From: Anaeromyxobacter sp.
Lineage (GTDB): Bacteria; Myxococcota; Myxococcia; Myxococcales; Anaeromyxobacteraceae
Assembly: GCA_049840735.1 (NCBI GenBank)
Contig: JASGJN010000013.1
Location: 416,001 to 480,000 of the forward strand
Direction: 5' to 3'
Length of the DNA: 64,000 nt
Shown here: piece by piece, positions 45,350-55,869 of the stretch
Layout of the letters: each line of letters starts with the position of its first letter
Numbering within the stretch: position 1 is the stretch's first letter
The notes under the pieces: generated by a model
The model's input: the letters and a program-made list of their open reading frames with translations, nothing else
The model's database searches: none
What the model was told of the DNA's origin: nothing
Translations under genes and position numbers: made by a program

Positions 45350-46146
45350 AGACCCTCCAGCGTGCGCTGGCAGCGTCCGCGCTGCTGCTCGTGGCGGTGG
45401 GCTGCGCGCCGGTCCAGAAGACCGGGGACTACACCACGTTCCTGTCAGCCCAGCCGCGGTCCATCCTCATCCCGCCGGTGCTCAACAAGACCAACGCGGT
45501 CGAGGCCCCGGACTACTTCCTCTCCACCATCCCGGTGCCGGTGGCCGAGCGCGGCTACTACGTGTTCCCGGTCAACATGGTGAAGCGCGTCCTGGAGGAC
45601 GACGGCCTGGCCGACGCCGGCCTGGTCCACCAGGCCCCGGTGGACCGGCTCGCCAGCCTGTTCGGCGCCGACGCGGTGCTCTACGTCACCATCGAGGAGT
45701 GGACTGCGCAGTACGTCCTCATCAACACCAACGTGGTGGTGAAGTTCTCCTACGTCCTCAAGGACGCCAAGACCGGCCAGGAGATCTGGGCCGCGCGCCA
45801 GACGCTGAACTACTCGTCCAGCCAGAACAGCGGCAACTCCGGCGGCGGCCTGCTGGGCTCGCTCATCGCCAGCGCGGTGAGCGCGGCCATCGCCAAGGCG
45901 GCGCCCAACTACATGCCGCTGGCCCACCAGGCCAACGCCCAAGCGCTGACGTACCCAGGCGCCGGCTTCCCGTCCGGTCCGTATCACCCGCAGTTCCACA
46001 AGGACGTGGACGCCGGCCAGCTGGCCGCGGCCACGCAAGGCGCCGCCACGCCCGCGCCGGCCCCTGCGCCGGCCGCGCCCCCGACCGACGCCCCCGCCGC
46101 CCAGCCCGCCGCTGCGCCGGCGCCGGCGGAGGGGGCGGCGCCGTAG
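45346..46146 (+). CDS. DUF799/GNA1162 family lipoprotein
   Basis: AVGC; PRSILIPPVLN; AERGYYVFPV; FGADAVLYVTI. Confidence 0.85.
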   Translation: MKTLQRALAASALLLVAVGCAPVQKTGDYTTFLSAQPRSILIPPVLNKTNAVEAPDYFLSTIPVPVAERGYYVFPVNMVKRVLEDDGLADAGLVHQAPVDRLASLFGADAVLYVTIEEWTAQYVLINTNVVVKFSYVLKDAKTGQEIWAARQTLNYSSSQNSGNSGGGLLGSLIASAVSAAIAKAAPNYMPLAHQANAQALTYPGAGFPSGPYHPQFHKDVDAGQLAAATQGAATPAPAPAPAAPPTDAPAAQPAAAPAPAEGAAP

Positions 46147-46152
46147 GGCCCT

Positions 46153-46179
46153 CCGCTCGCCCTGAGCCTGTCGAAGGGC
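46153..46179 (+). repeat. REP-like element, short form
   Basis: CCGCTC-GCCC-TGAGCCTGTCGAA-GGGC. Confidence 0.7.
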
Positions 46180-46304
46180 GACGGTACCGAGGAAGTGCGC
46201 CGCCGGTCCGGGTTCGCCTGGGCCGGCGGTCCTGGCTTTTGGAGACGGGGGACTTGCGCTCCCGGTCGTCCCCTTGGCGCGAGCACGCCAGCTCCTTCCC
46301 ACCA

Positions 46305-46784
46305 CTACCCGCCAGCCGGCATGACCTTCACCACCTCGAGGGCCACGCCGCGCGCGAGGTCCCGCGCCGCGAGCGTGATGGCACCTCGCTTGATGGCGAA
46401 GGTGATTTGGATCCGCGGGACGCCGCGTGGGGCGGGCGGAAAGGCGACCTTGAACTGGCCCAGGGGATGGTTGCGGGCCGCGAGGTGATCGTTCCCGCGG
46501 TACAGGGTGACGAGGAGCTCCGACTGCCCATCGGCGGCGGTGGTGAACCCCTCCGAGATGGAGCAGGGCGTCCGGGTTCCCCGCTCGATGAGCGGCGTGA
46601 ACACGCCACCCAGGGTCTCGACCCCCACGGCCTCCGTCGTGAGGCCGTCCGGGCTCACGATGGGCGTCCTGGCCTCGACGACCAGCGGGCCTTGGGCGCA
46701 GGCACCGCAGAGCAACAGCGACAGGAACGCGATGGAGTTGAAGGCGCGCAGGTGAACGCTCCGGACTGGAGGCCGGGCTATCAT
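46305..46784 (-). CDS. Stand-alone Hsp70/DnaK substrate-binding beta-domain protein with lipoprotein-like signal
   Basis: VGVETLGGVFTPLIERGTRTP..FTTAADGQ..RGND..NHPLGQF..PPAPRGVPRIQITF; preceded by IAFLSLLLCGAC; start uncertain. Confidence 0.7.
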   Translation of the reverse strand: MIARPPVRSVHLRAFNSIAFLSLLLCGACAQGPLVVEARTPIVSPDGLTTEAVGVETLGGVFTPLIERGTRTPCSISEGFTTAADGQSELLVTLYRGNDHLAARNHPLGQFKVAFPPAPRGVPRIQITFAIKRGAITLAARDLARGVALEVVKVMPAGG

Positions 46785-46909
46785 ACCCCTCGGCGTCCAG
46801 CGCCCCAGCGCTTCCGCCGCCCTTTGCTCGCCGCCAATCAACTGGGCTTGGATGTCCTGGTTGAGCTCGATCGCATCTGACCCACTCAATGAACGCCCAC
46901 GGGGGCCCT

Positions 46910-46975
46910 GGCCTTCGACTCCGCCCCCTGAGCGTGCCGCCCCGCTTCCCGGGCGCGGAGTCGAAGGATGAACGG
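46910..46975. repeat. Composite or degenerate REP-like element upstream of cas3
   Basis: ccttcgactccgc...ctgagcgt...gcggagtcgaagg (13-bp inverted repeat). Confidence 0.65.
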
Positions 46976-47183
46976 GATCCGCAGGAATCGCCGCCGGTCC
47001 CGGCACGCCCGGGCCGGCGCTGGTGCTTCTGGGGCTGAACGGAGACTGCTGAACCGGGGCGCATGTTGATTTGCGACAAGGGCTGCGGAGCCGCGACGGC
47101 CTTTGACCAAGGGATAACTCTCGGTCCCCCAGGGCCAGTCCTCGTTGCGCGGCCCATGTCCGACCGGTTGCTACCATGAGTTC

Positions 47184-49822
47184 GTGCACGGACAGGCAAC
47201 AGGCTTCTGGGGCAAGCTCGAGCAAGCGAGTGACGGCCAGGTGGTCGCGTGGCATCCCCTGATCGATCACTGCGCCGACGTGGCGGCCTGCGCGGAAGCG
47301 CTGCTCGTGCACACGCTGCTCCGGTCGCGCCTGGCAAGGCTCGGCGGCCTCCGCGACTTCACGCCCGGGCAGGTCGCTCGACTCTGCGTGCTAGCGGCCC
47401 TGCATGACGCCGGGAAGGTGAACCATGGCTTCCAGGCCAAGGCGGGCGGCACTGCTGGCCCAGGCGGCCACGTCGGCCCGCTGTTTGCCCTGCTCGCTTC
47501 AGGACACCGAGAGGCGGATGCCTTCGTTGCGGCACTGGGGGCTGACGAGCTCCTCTCGTGGGGCCCTGAGGGGCTCGTGTTCGCTGCGCTGGCGCACCAC
47601 GGCCGCCCCTTTGCGGCGGGAGCCCACGCCGCGCAGGCCGACCCCGCGCTGTGGCGACCTCGCGGCGGCGTCGACGTCATGTCGGAGGTGGCCAGGCTCG
47701 CACGCTCTGCGAGAGCGTGGTTCCCGGAAGCGTCATCCCCTGCCCTATCCTTGCCGGATGCCCCCGCGCTCCAGCACGCGTTCAGTGGGCTCGTCACGCT
47801 CGCAGACTGGATTGGTTCGGACAAGCGTCTCTTCCCGTTCTCGGAGGTGGGAGACGGTCCGCGCATCGACTTCGCGAGAGGGCGTGCGGCCCAGGCTATG
47901 AGCGTGCTGGGGCTCGATGCAAGCACCAGCCGAGGAGCCCTCGCGCTCGAGCCGGGGTGGTTCGCCCGTGCCTTTGGGTTCGACCCGCGCCCTGCCCAGG
48001 AGGCGGTCGCGCGGCTGGAGACGCCGCCGGCCGGCAGCCTGACGGTGCTCGAGGCCGAGACCGGATTCCGGCAAGACCGAGGCGGCTCTGGCCCGCTTCG
48101 TCTCCCTCTTTCACGCTGGCGAGGTGGACGGCCTCTACTTCGCGCTCCCCACTCGGACGGCCGCGACCCAGCTCCATGCCCGCATCGTGAAGCACCTGGG
48201 CCGCCTCTTCCCGGATGCCGGCTCCCGCCCGGCGGTGGTCCTCGCGGTGCCCGGTTACGTGCGGGTCGATGGCGTCGACGCCGATTCCAAGGAGCCCAGA
48301 CTTTCCCGGTTCGAGGTGCTTTGGCCCGACGATGCTGGCGAGCGCATGCGCTGGCGTGGTTGGGCGGCCGAGAGCGCGAAGCGGTACCTGGCCGGGCAGA
48401 TCGTGGTCGGCACGATCGACCAGGTCCTGCTCTCGGCGCTTCGGGTGAACCACGCACATCTGCGTGCGACTGCACTGCTCCGGCATCTCCTGGTCGTGGA
48501 CGAGGTCCACGCCTCCGACGCCTACATGAACCGCGTGCTCGAGAAGGTGCTCGAGCGTCACATCGATGCCGGCGGGCATGCCCTGCTCATGTCCGCGACC
48601 CTAGGGGCCACAGCCCGCGAGCGGTTCCTGAGCCGCGGTGAACCACCGAAGCTGGCTGACGCGTGCGCGATCCCCTACCCCGCCATCTCCACGATGAGCG
48701 GGCACCAGGGCTCGCTCGTAGGGGTTCCGCACGGTGGGTCCGGCAAGCGGGTGAAAGCCCTGCTCGCGCCCGAGCTCGAAGATCCGATCACGATTGCGTC
48801 CCGGGCGCTCGACGCCGCACGGCACGGTGCGCGCGTCCTCGTCATCCGGAACACGGTCCGTGGCGCCGTCGAGACCCAGCGCGCCCTCGAAGGACTCGCC
48901 ACGCCTGGCGATGCGGCGCTGCTCTTCACGGCGGGATCGGTAGCAACGCTCCACCACGCCCGGTTTGCCCGTGAGGACCGGATTCCGCCTCGACCAGGCC
49001 ATTGAGGAGCGGTTCGGACCGGGGGCCGACCGCCCTTGCGTCGCCGTGGCGACACAGACGGTCCAGCAGAGCCTCGACCTGGACGCGGACATGCTGCTGA
49101 CCGACCTTTGCCCAATGGACGTCCTCCTGCAGCGAATCGGTCGCCTTCACCGCCACAGCCGCCGGCGTCCTGCCGGGTTCGAGCACGCCTCGGCGATCGT
49201 GCTGGTACCGGATCGCGCCGATCTCGATGGCTACCTGGGCGCGAAAGGCCAAGCGCATGGTCTGCACGGCATCGGGGGCCTCGTCTATCCGGACCTGCGG
49301 GTGCTCCAAGCCACCTGGACGGCCTTGGCTGTAGCAAAGGTGCTCGCCATTCCTGAGGACAACCGACAGCTGGTCGAGGCCACCACCCACCCCGCAGCGC
49401 TGGCGGGCGTCGTCGCGCGGGGTGGCAAGTGGGAGCAGCACCAGGCGTGGCTGGAGGGGCGCTTCCTGAGCGAGGTCGGACTGGCGACCCTCAACGGGGC
49501 AAGCTGGAGTGAGCCGTTTGGCACCGTGGGATGGGATCGGGACGATGGTCGGATCGCTTCGCGGCTGGGTGCGTCTGACCGCATCGCCCTCTTCACGCCT
49601 CCGTTCACCTCGCCCTTGGGCTCCACAACGCACGCCCTGGCGATCCCGGCCTGGATGGTGAGCGGAGTCGAAGATGACGAGGCTCCGCGGGACGTGGCTC
49701 ACGAAGGCCTGGTCACAACGTTCAGCCTGGGCGTTCGACACTATCGGTACGACCGGTTCGGGTTGGCGCTTTCGAAGGACGCTCCGGACGAAGCGAAAGG
49801 TGATTCCGATGACGGTTCGTAA
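47184..49822 (+). CDS. cas3: Cas3 HD nuclease-helicase; two apparent frameshifts (~48066, ~48983)
   Basis: HCADV, LHDAGK, LAHHG, LADWIGS; AETG(S)GKTE, DEVH, MSAT, ATQTVQQSLDLD, QRIGRLHRH; both shifts at GATTC. Confidence 0.95.
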
Positions 49823-51408
49823 ATCGAAGTCGGCGCGCCGAGCGCCTGCTGCCGCCGCGCGAAAGGCCGAGGCGGAGCCGTCTCGAGACCTGCTCGCCGA
49901 TGGTCTGCTCGGCATCGAGACCATCGCACACCAGCGTCGCTTCGTGACCCTGCCCGAGGCCCTGGCCCTGCTTGCGCAGGACGAGGTCACGTCATTCACC
50001 GCGCTCCAGGCGCACCAGCACCACGGATGGCACGCCTTCCTGGTGCAACTCGCCGCGCTCGCCCTCCATCGGTCCGGACGTGACAGCCCGCGGCTGAAGG
50101 CTGGTGCCTGGCGCGAGATCCTCGAGTCGCTGACGGAGCACCGCGAGGCCTGGTTCCTGGTGGTCCCCCACCTCAAGCGCCCGGCCTTCATGCAACCGCC
50201 AGTGCCGGAGGGCACGCTCGACGACTTCAACGACCCTCAGGCCTGCTCCGACGAGATCGACGTTCTGGTGACGTCCAAGAACCACGATGTCAAGGCCGCC
50301 AAAGTGGTCGCTCCGCGACCCGAACACTGGGTCTATGCCCTGGTGACCCTGCAGACGATGGAGGGGTTCTCCGGGCGCGACAACTACGGCATCGCTCGGA
50401 TGAACAGCGGAACCGGCAGCCGCTCCATCATCGGCCTCTCCTCCTCGGCTTCGCTCGGGAAGCGGTTCCTGCGGGACGTCTCCGTCCTCCTTGAAGCACG
50501 CGATGGCATCGCCGCGGAGCGCGGATACGCCAGCAGTGGAGGCATCCCGCTCCTGTGGTGTGAACCTTGGGACGGGGAAAAGAGCCTCGGCCTCAAGCGC
50601 CTCGACCCGCTCTTCATCGAGGTCTGCCGGCGGGTGCGGCTCGTTGGCGAGGGTGGCGCCATCCTGCTGCGCCGGAAGACCACCAAGTGCCAGCGCATCC
50701 TGGCCGGCGAGCTGAAGGGCAACACCGGTGACCCATGGATGCCGGTGAATCACAAGGAGGCGAAGGCCTTCACTGCGACGGAGGCCGGCTTCTCCTATCG
50801 CGTTCTGCAGCGGCTCCTGAGCTCTGAGGAGTTCGCGCTTGCACCAGCCATGCGTCCTCGCCATGGAGAGAAGGACGTACTCCTCCTGGCAACGGTCCTG
50901 GCGCGTGGGAACGGCAAGACAGGCGGCTTCCACCATCGCGCCCTGCCCGTTCCTGGCCAGGTCACCGGACTGCTCCGGCGAGCCGGGGACCATACCCAGC
51001 TTGGGCGGATTGCCGCGGAACGCGTGGAGCTCGTTTCGATTGTCCAGAACCGCGTGCTCAGGCCCGCCTTGAAGGTCCTGCTGCAAGGCGGGCCGGAGAA
51101 GCTCAAGCAAGACGACGACCGCCCAGACGCCTGGGTCCACGCCCATGACGCCATGGTGGACGGAGTCTTCTTCGAACGCCTCTGGGCCGATCTGGAACGA
51201 GACCCGAGGCGCCTCCGCTCGCGACTGGGCGAAGCTCGTGCTCGCACTCGCCCGCGCCCAGCTGGATTCGGCGTTCGACGGGGCCCCCATCCCGTCCGCG
51301 CGCAGATACCGCGCCATCGCCGCCGCCGACCGCGTGTTTGGCGGGGCCGCCCGGAACCACGTTCCCGATGCCTTCCGCGACGAACAGGAGTTCGCACATG
51401 CTCGATGA
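49809..51408 (+). CDS. cas8e: Type I-E Cascade large subunit (CasA/Cse1); apparent frameshift at ~51205
   Basis: WHAFLVQLAALAL, PAFMQPP, KNHDVK, NYGIARMNSG, FIEVCRRVRL, GDPW; position after cas3. Confidence 0.88.
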
Positions 51409-51922
51409 AGCCTCCCCCCAGCCGGCCCCGACGTTCCGAACGCTGGTTCATCGCCTTGCAGCGGCCCTCGCACGGCAGGTCTCTCCGGGGGATCTGGCAG
51501 CGCTGCGCCGGCTGAGCCCTGATGACCTCACCGCGCCGGCCTTCTGGAAGCTCGCCGCGAGCATGCTCTCGGACGAGCTGAGCAGCGGCGAACAACGCTT
51601 CGAGCTGGAAGGCCGCTGGGCGGTGATCCTGTCTGCGCTGGCCATCACCGCGGGCATGCACGATGCGCGTCGCCCGTTCGGCGCCGCGCTGGCCGAGGCG
51701 GGGTATTCCGAGCTGCGGTTCACGCGGCTGCTCAGGGCCCACGGCGACGCCTTGCCCTCCGAGGTCAGATCGGCGGCCCGCTTCCTCTCCTCGAAGGCAA
51801 TCCCGTTCGACCCCGCAGACCTCGCGCAGCTCGTCCTGAGCGATGGGGCTCCACACGAGGAGTCCATCCGCCGCGCCACCGCCCGCCACTACTTCCGCCA
51901 GGCATCCCTCGCTGACCGCTGA
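51398..51922 (+). CDS. cas11: Type I-E small subunit (CasB/Cse2)
   Basis: GDLAALRRL, FGAALAEAGYSELRFTRLLRA, ARHYFR. Confidence 0.88.
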   Translation: MLDEASPQPAPTFRTLVHRLAAALARQVSPGDLAALRRLSPDDLTAPAFWKLAASMLSDELSSGEQRFELEGRWAVILSALAITAGMHDARRPFGAALAEAGYSELRFTRLLRAHGDALPSEVRSAARFLSSKAIPFDPADLAQLVLSDGAPHEESIRRATARHYFRQASLADR

Positions 51923-51934
51923 CAGGAGCTACCC

Positions 51935-53167
51935 ATGAATCGCTTCCTTCAGATCCATACCCTGACTTCCTATCCCGCCTCCCTCATCAACAGGGACGAC
52001 GCTGGCTTCGCGAAGCGCGTGCCCTTCGGCGGCGCGGTCCGCACCCGCATCTCCTCCCAGTGCCTCAAGAAGCACTGGCGCTCCTTCGACGGGGAGGACG
52101 GCCTGCGCAACCTCGGTCAGCCCATGTCCGTTCGCTCGCGGTTCACCTTCGACGAGCTCATCGTCAAGCCGCTCCGCCAGGAGGGGCTCGACGGCGCGAG
52201 CGTGGAGGCCGTCACTCGGGCCGTGATGGACACCGTGCTGGGCAAGAGCACGAAGACAGCCAAGAAGGCAGCCCAGGAGGGCGAGGACGCCGAGAAGGGC
52301 AAGAAGGCCTCGGCGCCCCCCGAGACGGCGCTTCAGACCGGCCAGATCACCGTGCTCGGCCGTCCCGAGGTGGACTTCCTGCGGGAGCTCGTCCGGACCA
52401 TCTGCAAGTCGGGGGCGAAGGCCGACAAGGCCGCCGAAGCGGTGAAGTCCCACCTCGGCCGCGATGGAGCCAAGAATCTGGCGGCCATGCGGTGTGGGGC
52501 TGGCCTGGACGCGGCGCTCTTCGGCCGGATGGTGACCAGCGACATCCTCGCGCAAGGCGATGCCGCTGTGCACGTCGCGCACGCCTTCACCGTCCACGGA
52601 GAGGCAACCGAGAGCGACTACTTCTCTGCGGTCGATGAGCTGCTCGAGATCCGGGATGATGAGCTGGGCAGTGGGCACATCGGGACGAGCGAGCTGACGA
52701 CCGGCCTGTTCTACGGCTACGTGGCCATCGACGTGCCGCTCCTGGTCTCGAACCTCGAGGGCCGCCCACGCGCGGAATGGCAGGCCGCGGACCGCTCGCT
52801 CGCGGCAGACGTGGTCGACCGGCTGGTCAAGATGATCGCCACGGTTTCGCCTGCGGCGAAGGTGGGCTCCACGGCCCCCTACGCGTACGCCCAGCTCGTA
52901 CTGGTCGAGAGCGGGAGCGCCCAGCCGCGGCAGCTGTGCGACGCCTTCCTGGAGCCGGTGGCCGCCCGCCCCAACCTCGCCGCAAACGCCTACGCTGCCC
53001 TCGGGAGACATGCCGCCGACATGGACCGGATGTACGGCCGTCGCTTCGACCGTGCGCTCGCGGGGCTGGGCAAGACCGAGGGGCTCTGCGACGCCCTCAA
53101 GGTCGCCGCACCGCAATCATTGGCCGAGGTCGCTGCCTGGGCCGCGGCCCAGGTCCGGGGTGCGTGA
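51935..53167 (+). CDS. cas7: Type I-E backbone subunit (CasC/Cse4)
   Basis: FLQIHTL..LINRDDAGFAKR..RTRISSQCLK; ALFGRM; DYFSAVD. Confidence 0.95.
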   Translation: MNRFLQIHTLTSYPASLINRDDAGFAKRVPFGGAVRTRISSQCLKKHWRSFDGEDGLRNLGQPMSVRSRFTFDELIVKPLRQEGLDGASVEAVTRAVMDTVLGKSTKTAKKAAQEGEDAEKGKKASAPPETALQTGQITVLGRPEVDFLRELVRTICKSGAKADKAAEAVKSHLGRDGAKNLAAMRCGAGLDAALFGRMVTSDILAQGDAAVHVAHAFTVHGEATESDYFSAVDELLEIRDDELGSGHIGTSELTTGLFYGYVAIDVPLLVSNLEGRPRAEWQAADRSLAADVVDRLVKMIATVSPAAKVGSTAPYAYAQLVLVESGSAQPRQLCDAFLEPVAARPNLAANAYAALGRHAADMDRMYGRRFDRALAGLGKTEGLCDALKVAAPQSLAEVAAWAAAQVRGA

Positions 53168-53907
53168 TGGCCGAGTTCCTGCTGCTCCGGCTCGCCGCCC
53201 CGCTGATGAGCTTCGGGGGGGTGCGCGTGGACAACCGGGGCGTGACACAGGAGTTCCCAGGGCTCTCCATGATCACGGGGCTCATCGGGAACGCGCTGGG
53301 ACTCGATCACCGCGACGCTGGCGCGCTCACGCGCCTGCAGGAGCGGATCCGGTATGGAGTCCGCTGCGACCGACCCGGCTCGATCCTGCGGGATTTCCAG
53401 ACCGTCGACATCACCCAGCCCTTCATGACGGAAGGCTGGACCACGCGCGGCGCCCCCGAGGGTAGGGCCGGCGGCCAGGAAACGCGCAACAACTTGCACA
53501 TCCGCGAGCGCGAGTTCCTGGCGGACGCGGCCTACACGATCGCGCTGGCGCTGGAGCCCGGGGGCGAAGCCCCCACCCTGGATCACGTCGCGCGAGCCCT
53601 GGACGAGCCCGAGCGCCCACTCTTCGTCGGTCGCAAGCCGTGCCTCCCGTCGTCGCCGCTGCTGCTCGCCCGAAGCCAGGCCGGCTCACTCGTTGAGGCG
53701 CTGGCGCATGCCCCCGCGCTTGGGCGTCCGATCCCGGCCGGGCGGACGCTCCGCGCATGGCTTCCTGCCGAGGTCTCCGCGGATTGCGCCGGGACTGAAC
53801 TGACCGTCACGGACGAGCGGGACTGGGTGAACCAAATCGTCGTCGGGCGACGCGTGCTGAAGATGACGACCGTCACCATCCAGGAGGACGCCAGCGATGT
53901 CCGGTGA
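53167..53907 (+). CDS. cas5: Type I-E Cas5 (CasD)
   Basis: LLLRLAAPLMSFG, GLIGNALG, DFQTV, REFLADA, FVGRKPC. Confidence 0.93.
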   Translation: MAEFLLLRLAAPLMSFGGVRVDNRGVTQEFPGLSMITGLIGNALGLDHRDAGALTRLQERIRYGVRCDRPGSILRDFQTVDITQPFMTEGWTTRGAPEGRAGGQETRNNLHIREREFLADAAYTIALALEPGGEAPTLDHVARALDEPERPLFVGRKPCLPSSPLLLARSQAGSLVEALAHAPALGRPIPAGRTLRAWLPAEVSADCAGTELTVTDERDWVNQIVVGRRVLKMTTVTIQEDASDVR

Positions 53908-54632
53908 TCTACGGATGCTCAGGATGCGCTTCGAGGTGGGCAAGCTCTTCGAGCTCGGCAAGCGCCGCAGGCTTCCCATGCGCGACATGGACCTCGGATA
54001 CCTGCTCCACTGCGAGCTGGGTGAGCTGTTCGGAGCGCGTGCGCCCCGCCCCTTCTCGATCCGCGGTTCGACTGCCCGTCACGTGGACGTGCTCGCGTAT
54101 ACGGAATGCCCCAAGGCCGCGCTGGAGGAGCACGCCCGGGCTTTCGCCGATCCCGCGGTCTTCGCTGCGTGCGACTTCGAAGGGCTCCAGGAGAAGCCCC
54201 ATGCCGTCGCAGTGGGAATCAGGCCGGCGGTTCGGGTTCGAGGTCCGCGCCTGCCCGATCGTCCGGATGAGCAGTGAGGGCCCGAAGTGGCGGAAGGGGG
54301 CGGAGGTCGATGCCTTCCTCGCCCGGTGCTGGAAGGCGGAGGGGCAGCCAGTCGAGCGGGAGGCGGTGTACCGGGAGTGGCTGGCTCGCGAGCTCGACCG
54401 CAGGACGGGCGCGCGGCTCGTGTCCGTCGAGGTGGAGGCCTTCAAGCGCGAGCGCGTGGTCCGGCGCGACCATGCCCCAGAACGACGGGCTAGCACCTCG
54501 GAGCGGCCTGACGTCCTCTTCCGCGGGGTGCTCGAGGTGGCCGACGGGATCAACTTCAGCGCGCTCCTGGCCCGTGGAGTGGGGCGCCACCGCGGTTTCG
54601 GGTTCGGAATGGTCCTGTTGCGACCGGAGTGA
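53897..54632 (+). CDS. cas6: Type I-E Cas6 (CasE/Cse3); apparent frameshift at ~54199 (C homopolymer)
   Basis: FEVRACPIVR, VLFRGVLEV, Gly-rich loop GVGRHRGFGFGMV. Confidence 0.92.
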
Positions 54633-54638
54633 GCAACC

Positions 54639-55523
54639 GTGCTCAAGGGGCGGCTCGGACTCGAAACGGCGCGTATCCCGCACGCTGATCGTCGGGGCCT
54701 TGTCTGGCTCGGGCGCGGCAACCTGACGGTGGAGGATGGGACGCTGCGCTTCAAGACGGCGGGCGGAGGCCGATGGGAGGCCGGGGACTATTCCATTCCG
54801 TTCCAGATGGTGACCGCCATCCTGCTGGAGCCGGGAACGACGGTGAGCCATGACGCGCTACGGCTCCTCGCCCGGCACGGGACCGGGCTCGTTGCCGTCG
54901 GCGAGAACGGCACCCGCTTCTACGCGAGCATGCCGTTCGGACCAGACGCCTCCGCCCTGGCGCGAAGACAGGTACGGCTCTGGGCCGATGCCGAAGGGGA
55001 GCGCCTGAAGGTTGCCCGCCGGATGTACGCCTGGCGCTTCGGCTCGGTCCTGCCGGACGAGCGCATCGACATCTTGCGAGGGATCGAAGGCGCTCGCATG
55101 CGCGAGACCTACAGGCATCTGGCCGAGCAATTCGGGGTGGTGTGGAAGGGCCGGCGTTATGACCGCACGGATCCGACCAGCAACGATCCCGTCAACCAGG
55201 CCATCAACCACGCCGCGAGCGCGATCGAGAGCGCGGCCCTGATCGCCGTCGCGGCCACCGGTGCGATTCCCCAACTCGGCTTCATCCACGAGGACTCCGG
55301 CAACGCCTTTCCACTCGACATCGCCGATCTGTATCGAGCGTCCATCACCCTGCCAGCAGCCTTTGCCGCAGTCCGGGAATGCCAGCGAGATCCGAGGCGC
55401 CCCCTGGAGCAGGTCTCCCGAAGAATGGCCGGAGAAGCGATCCGGGAACGCGACCTGGTCCCGGCGATGATCGATCGGATCAAGGAGCTGTTCGATGGCG
55501 ATGACGCTGGTGGTCACCCGTGA
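54639..55523 (+). CDS. cas1: Cas1 (type I-E)
   Basis: LLEPGTTVSHDA, LRGIEGARM, LGFIHE, LDIADLY. Confidence 0.97.
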   Translation: MLKGRLGLETARIPHADRRGLVWLGRGNLTVEDGTLRFKTAGGGRWEAGDYSIPFQMVTAILLEPGTTVSHDALRLLARHGTGLVAVGENGTRFYASMPFGPDASALARRQVRLWADAEGERLKVARRMYAWRFGSVLPDERIDILRGIEGARMRETYRHLAEQFGVVWKGRRYDRTDPTSNDPVNQAINHAASAIESAALIAVAATGAIPQLGFIHEDSGNAFPLDIADLYRASITLPAAFAAVRECQRDPRRPLEQVSRRMAGEAIRERDLVPAMIDRIKELFDGDDAGGHP

Positions 55524-55821
55524 CGTGGCGGCTCGATACCGTGGGTTCCTCGCCTCTTGCATGCTCGAGGTGGCAGCGGGCGTGTACACCGCACCCGACA
55601 TGACACGCGCAGTGCGCGAACGGGTCTGGAAGGTCCTCGAAGATTGGCACGCCGCCGAGGCGACCGGCGTGGTCATCATGACCTGGCCAGACGCGAGCGC
55701 GCCTGGTGGCCAGTCCATGATGTTCCTCGGTGAGCCGCCCAAGGACTTCTGGGTGATGGACGGCTTGGTAGTCGTTCGGCGCGAGTTGCCGGCGGAGCCG
55801 AGCACGAACTCTGAAAAGTGA
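55495..55821 (+). CDS. cas2: Cas2 (type I-E)
   Basis: LVVTRDVAARYRGFLASCMLEVAAGVY..VRERVW; alternative ATG at 55501. Confidence 0.93.
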   Translation: MAMTLVVTRDVAARYRGFLASCMLEVAAGVYTAPDMTRAVRERVWKVLEDWHAAEATGVVIMTWPDASAPGGQSMMFLGEPPKDFWVMDGLVVVRRELPAEPSTNSEK

Positions 55822-55869
55822 ATACCAAGACGGGTGCTCCCCGGGTACTCTAGACCCGTCTGTGTAAGA

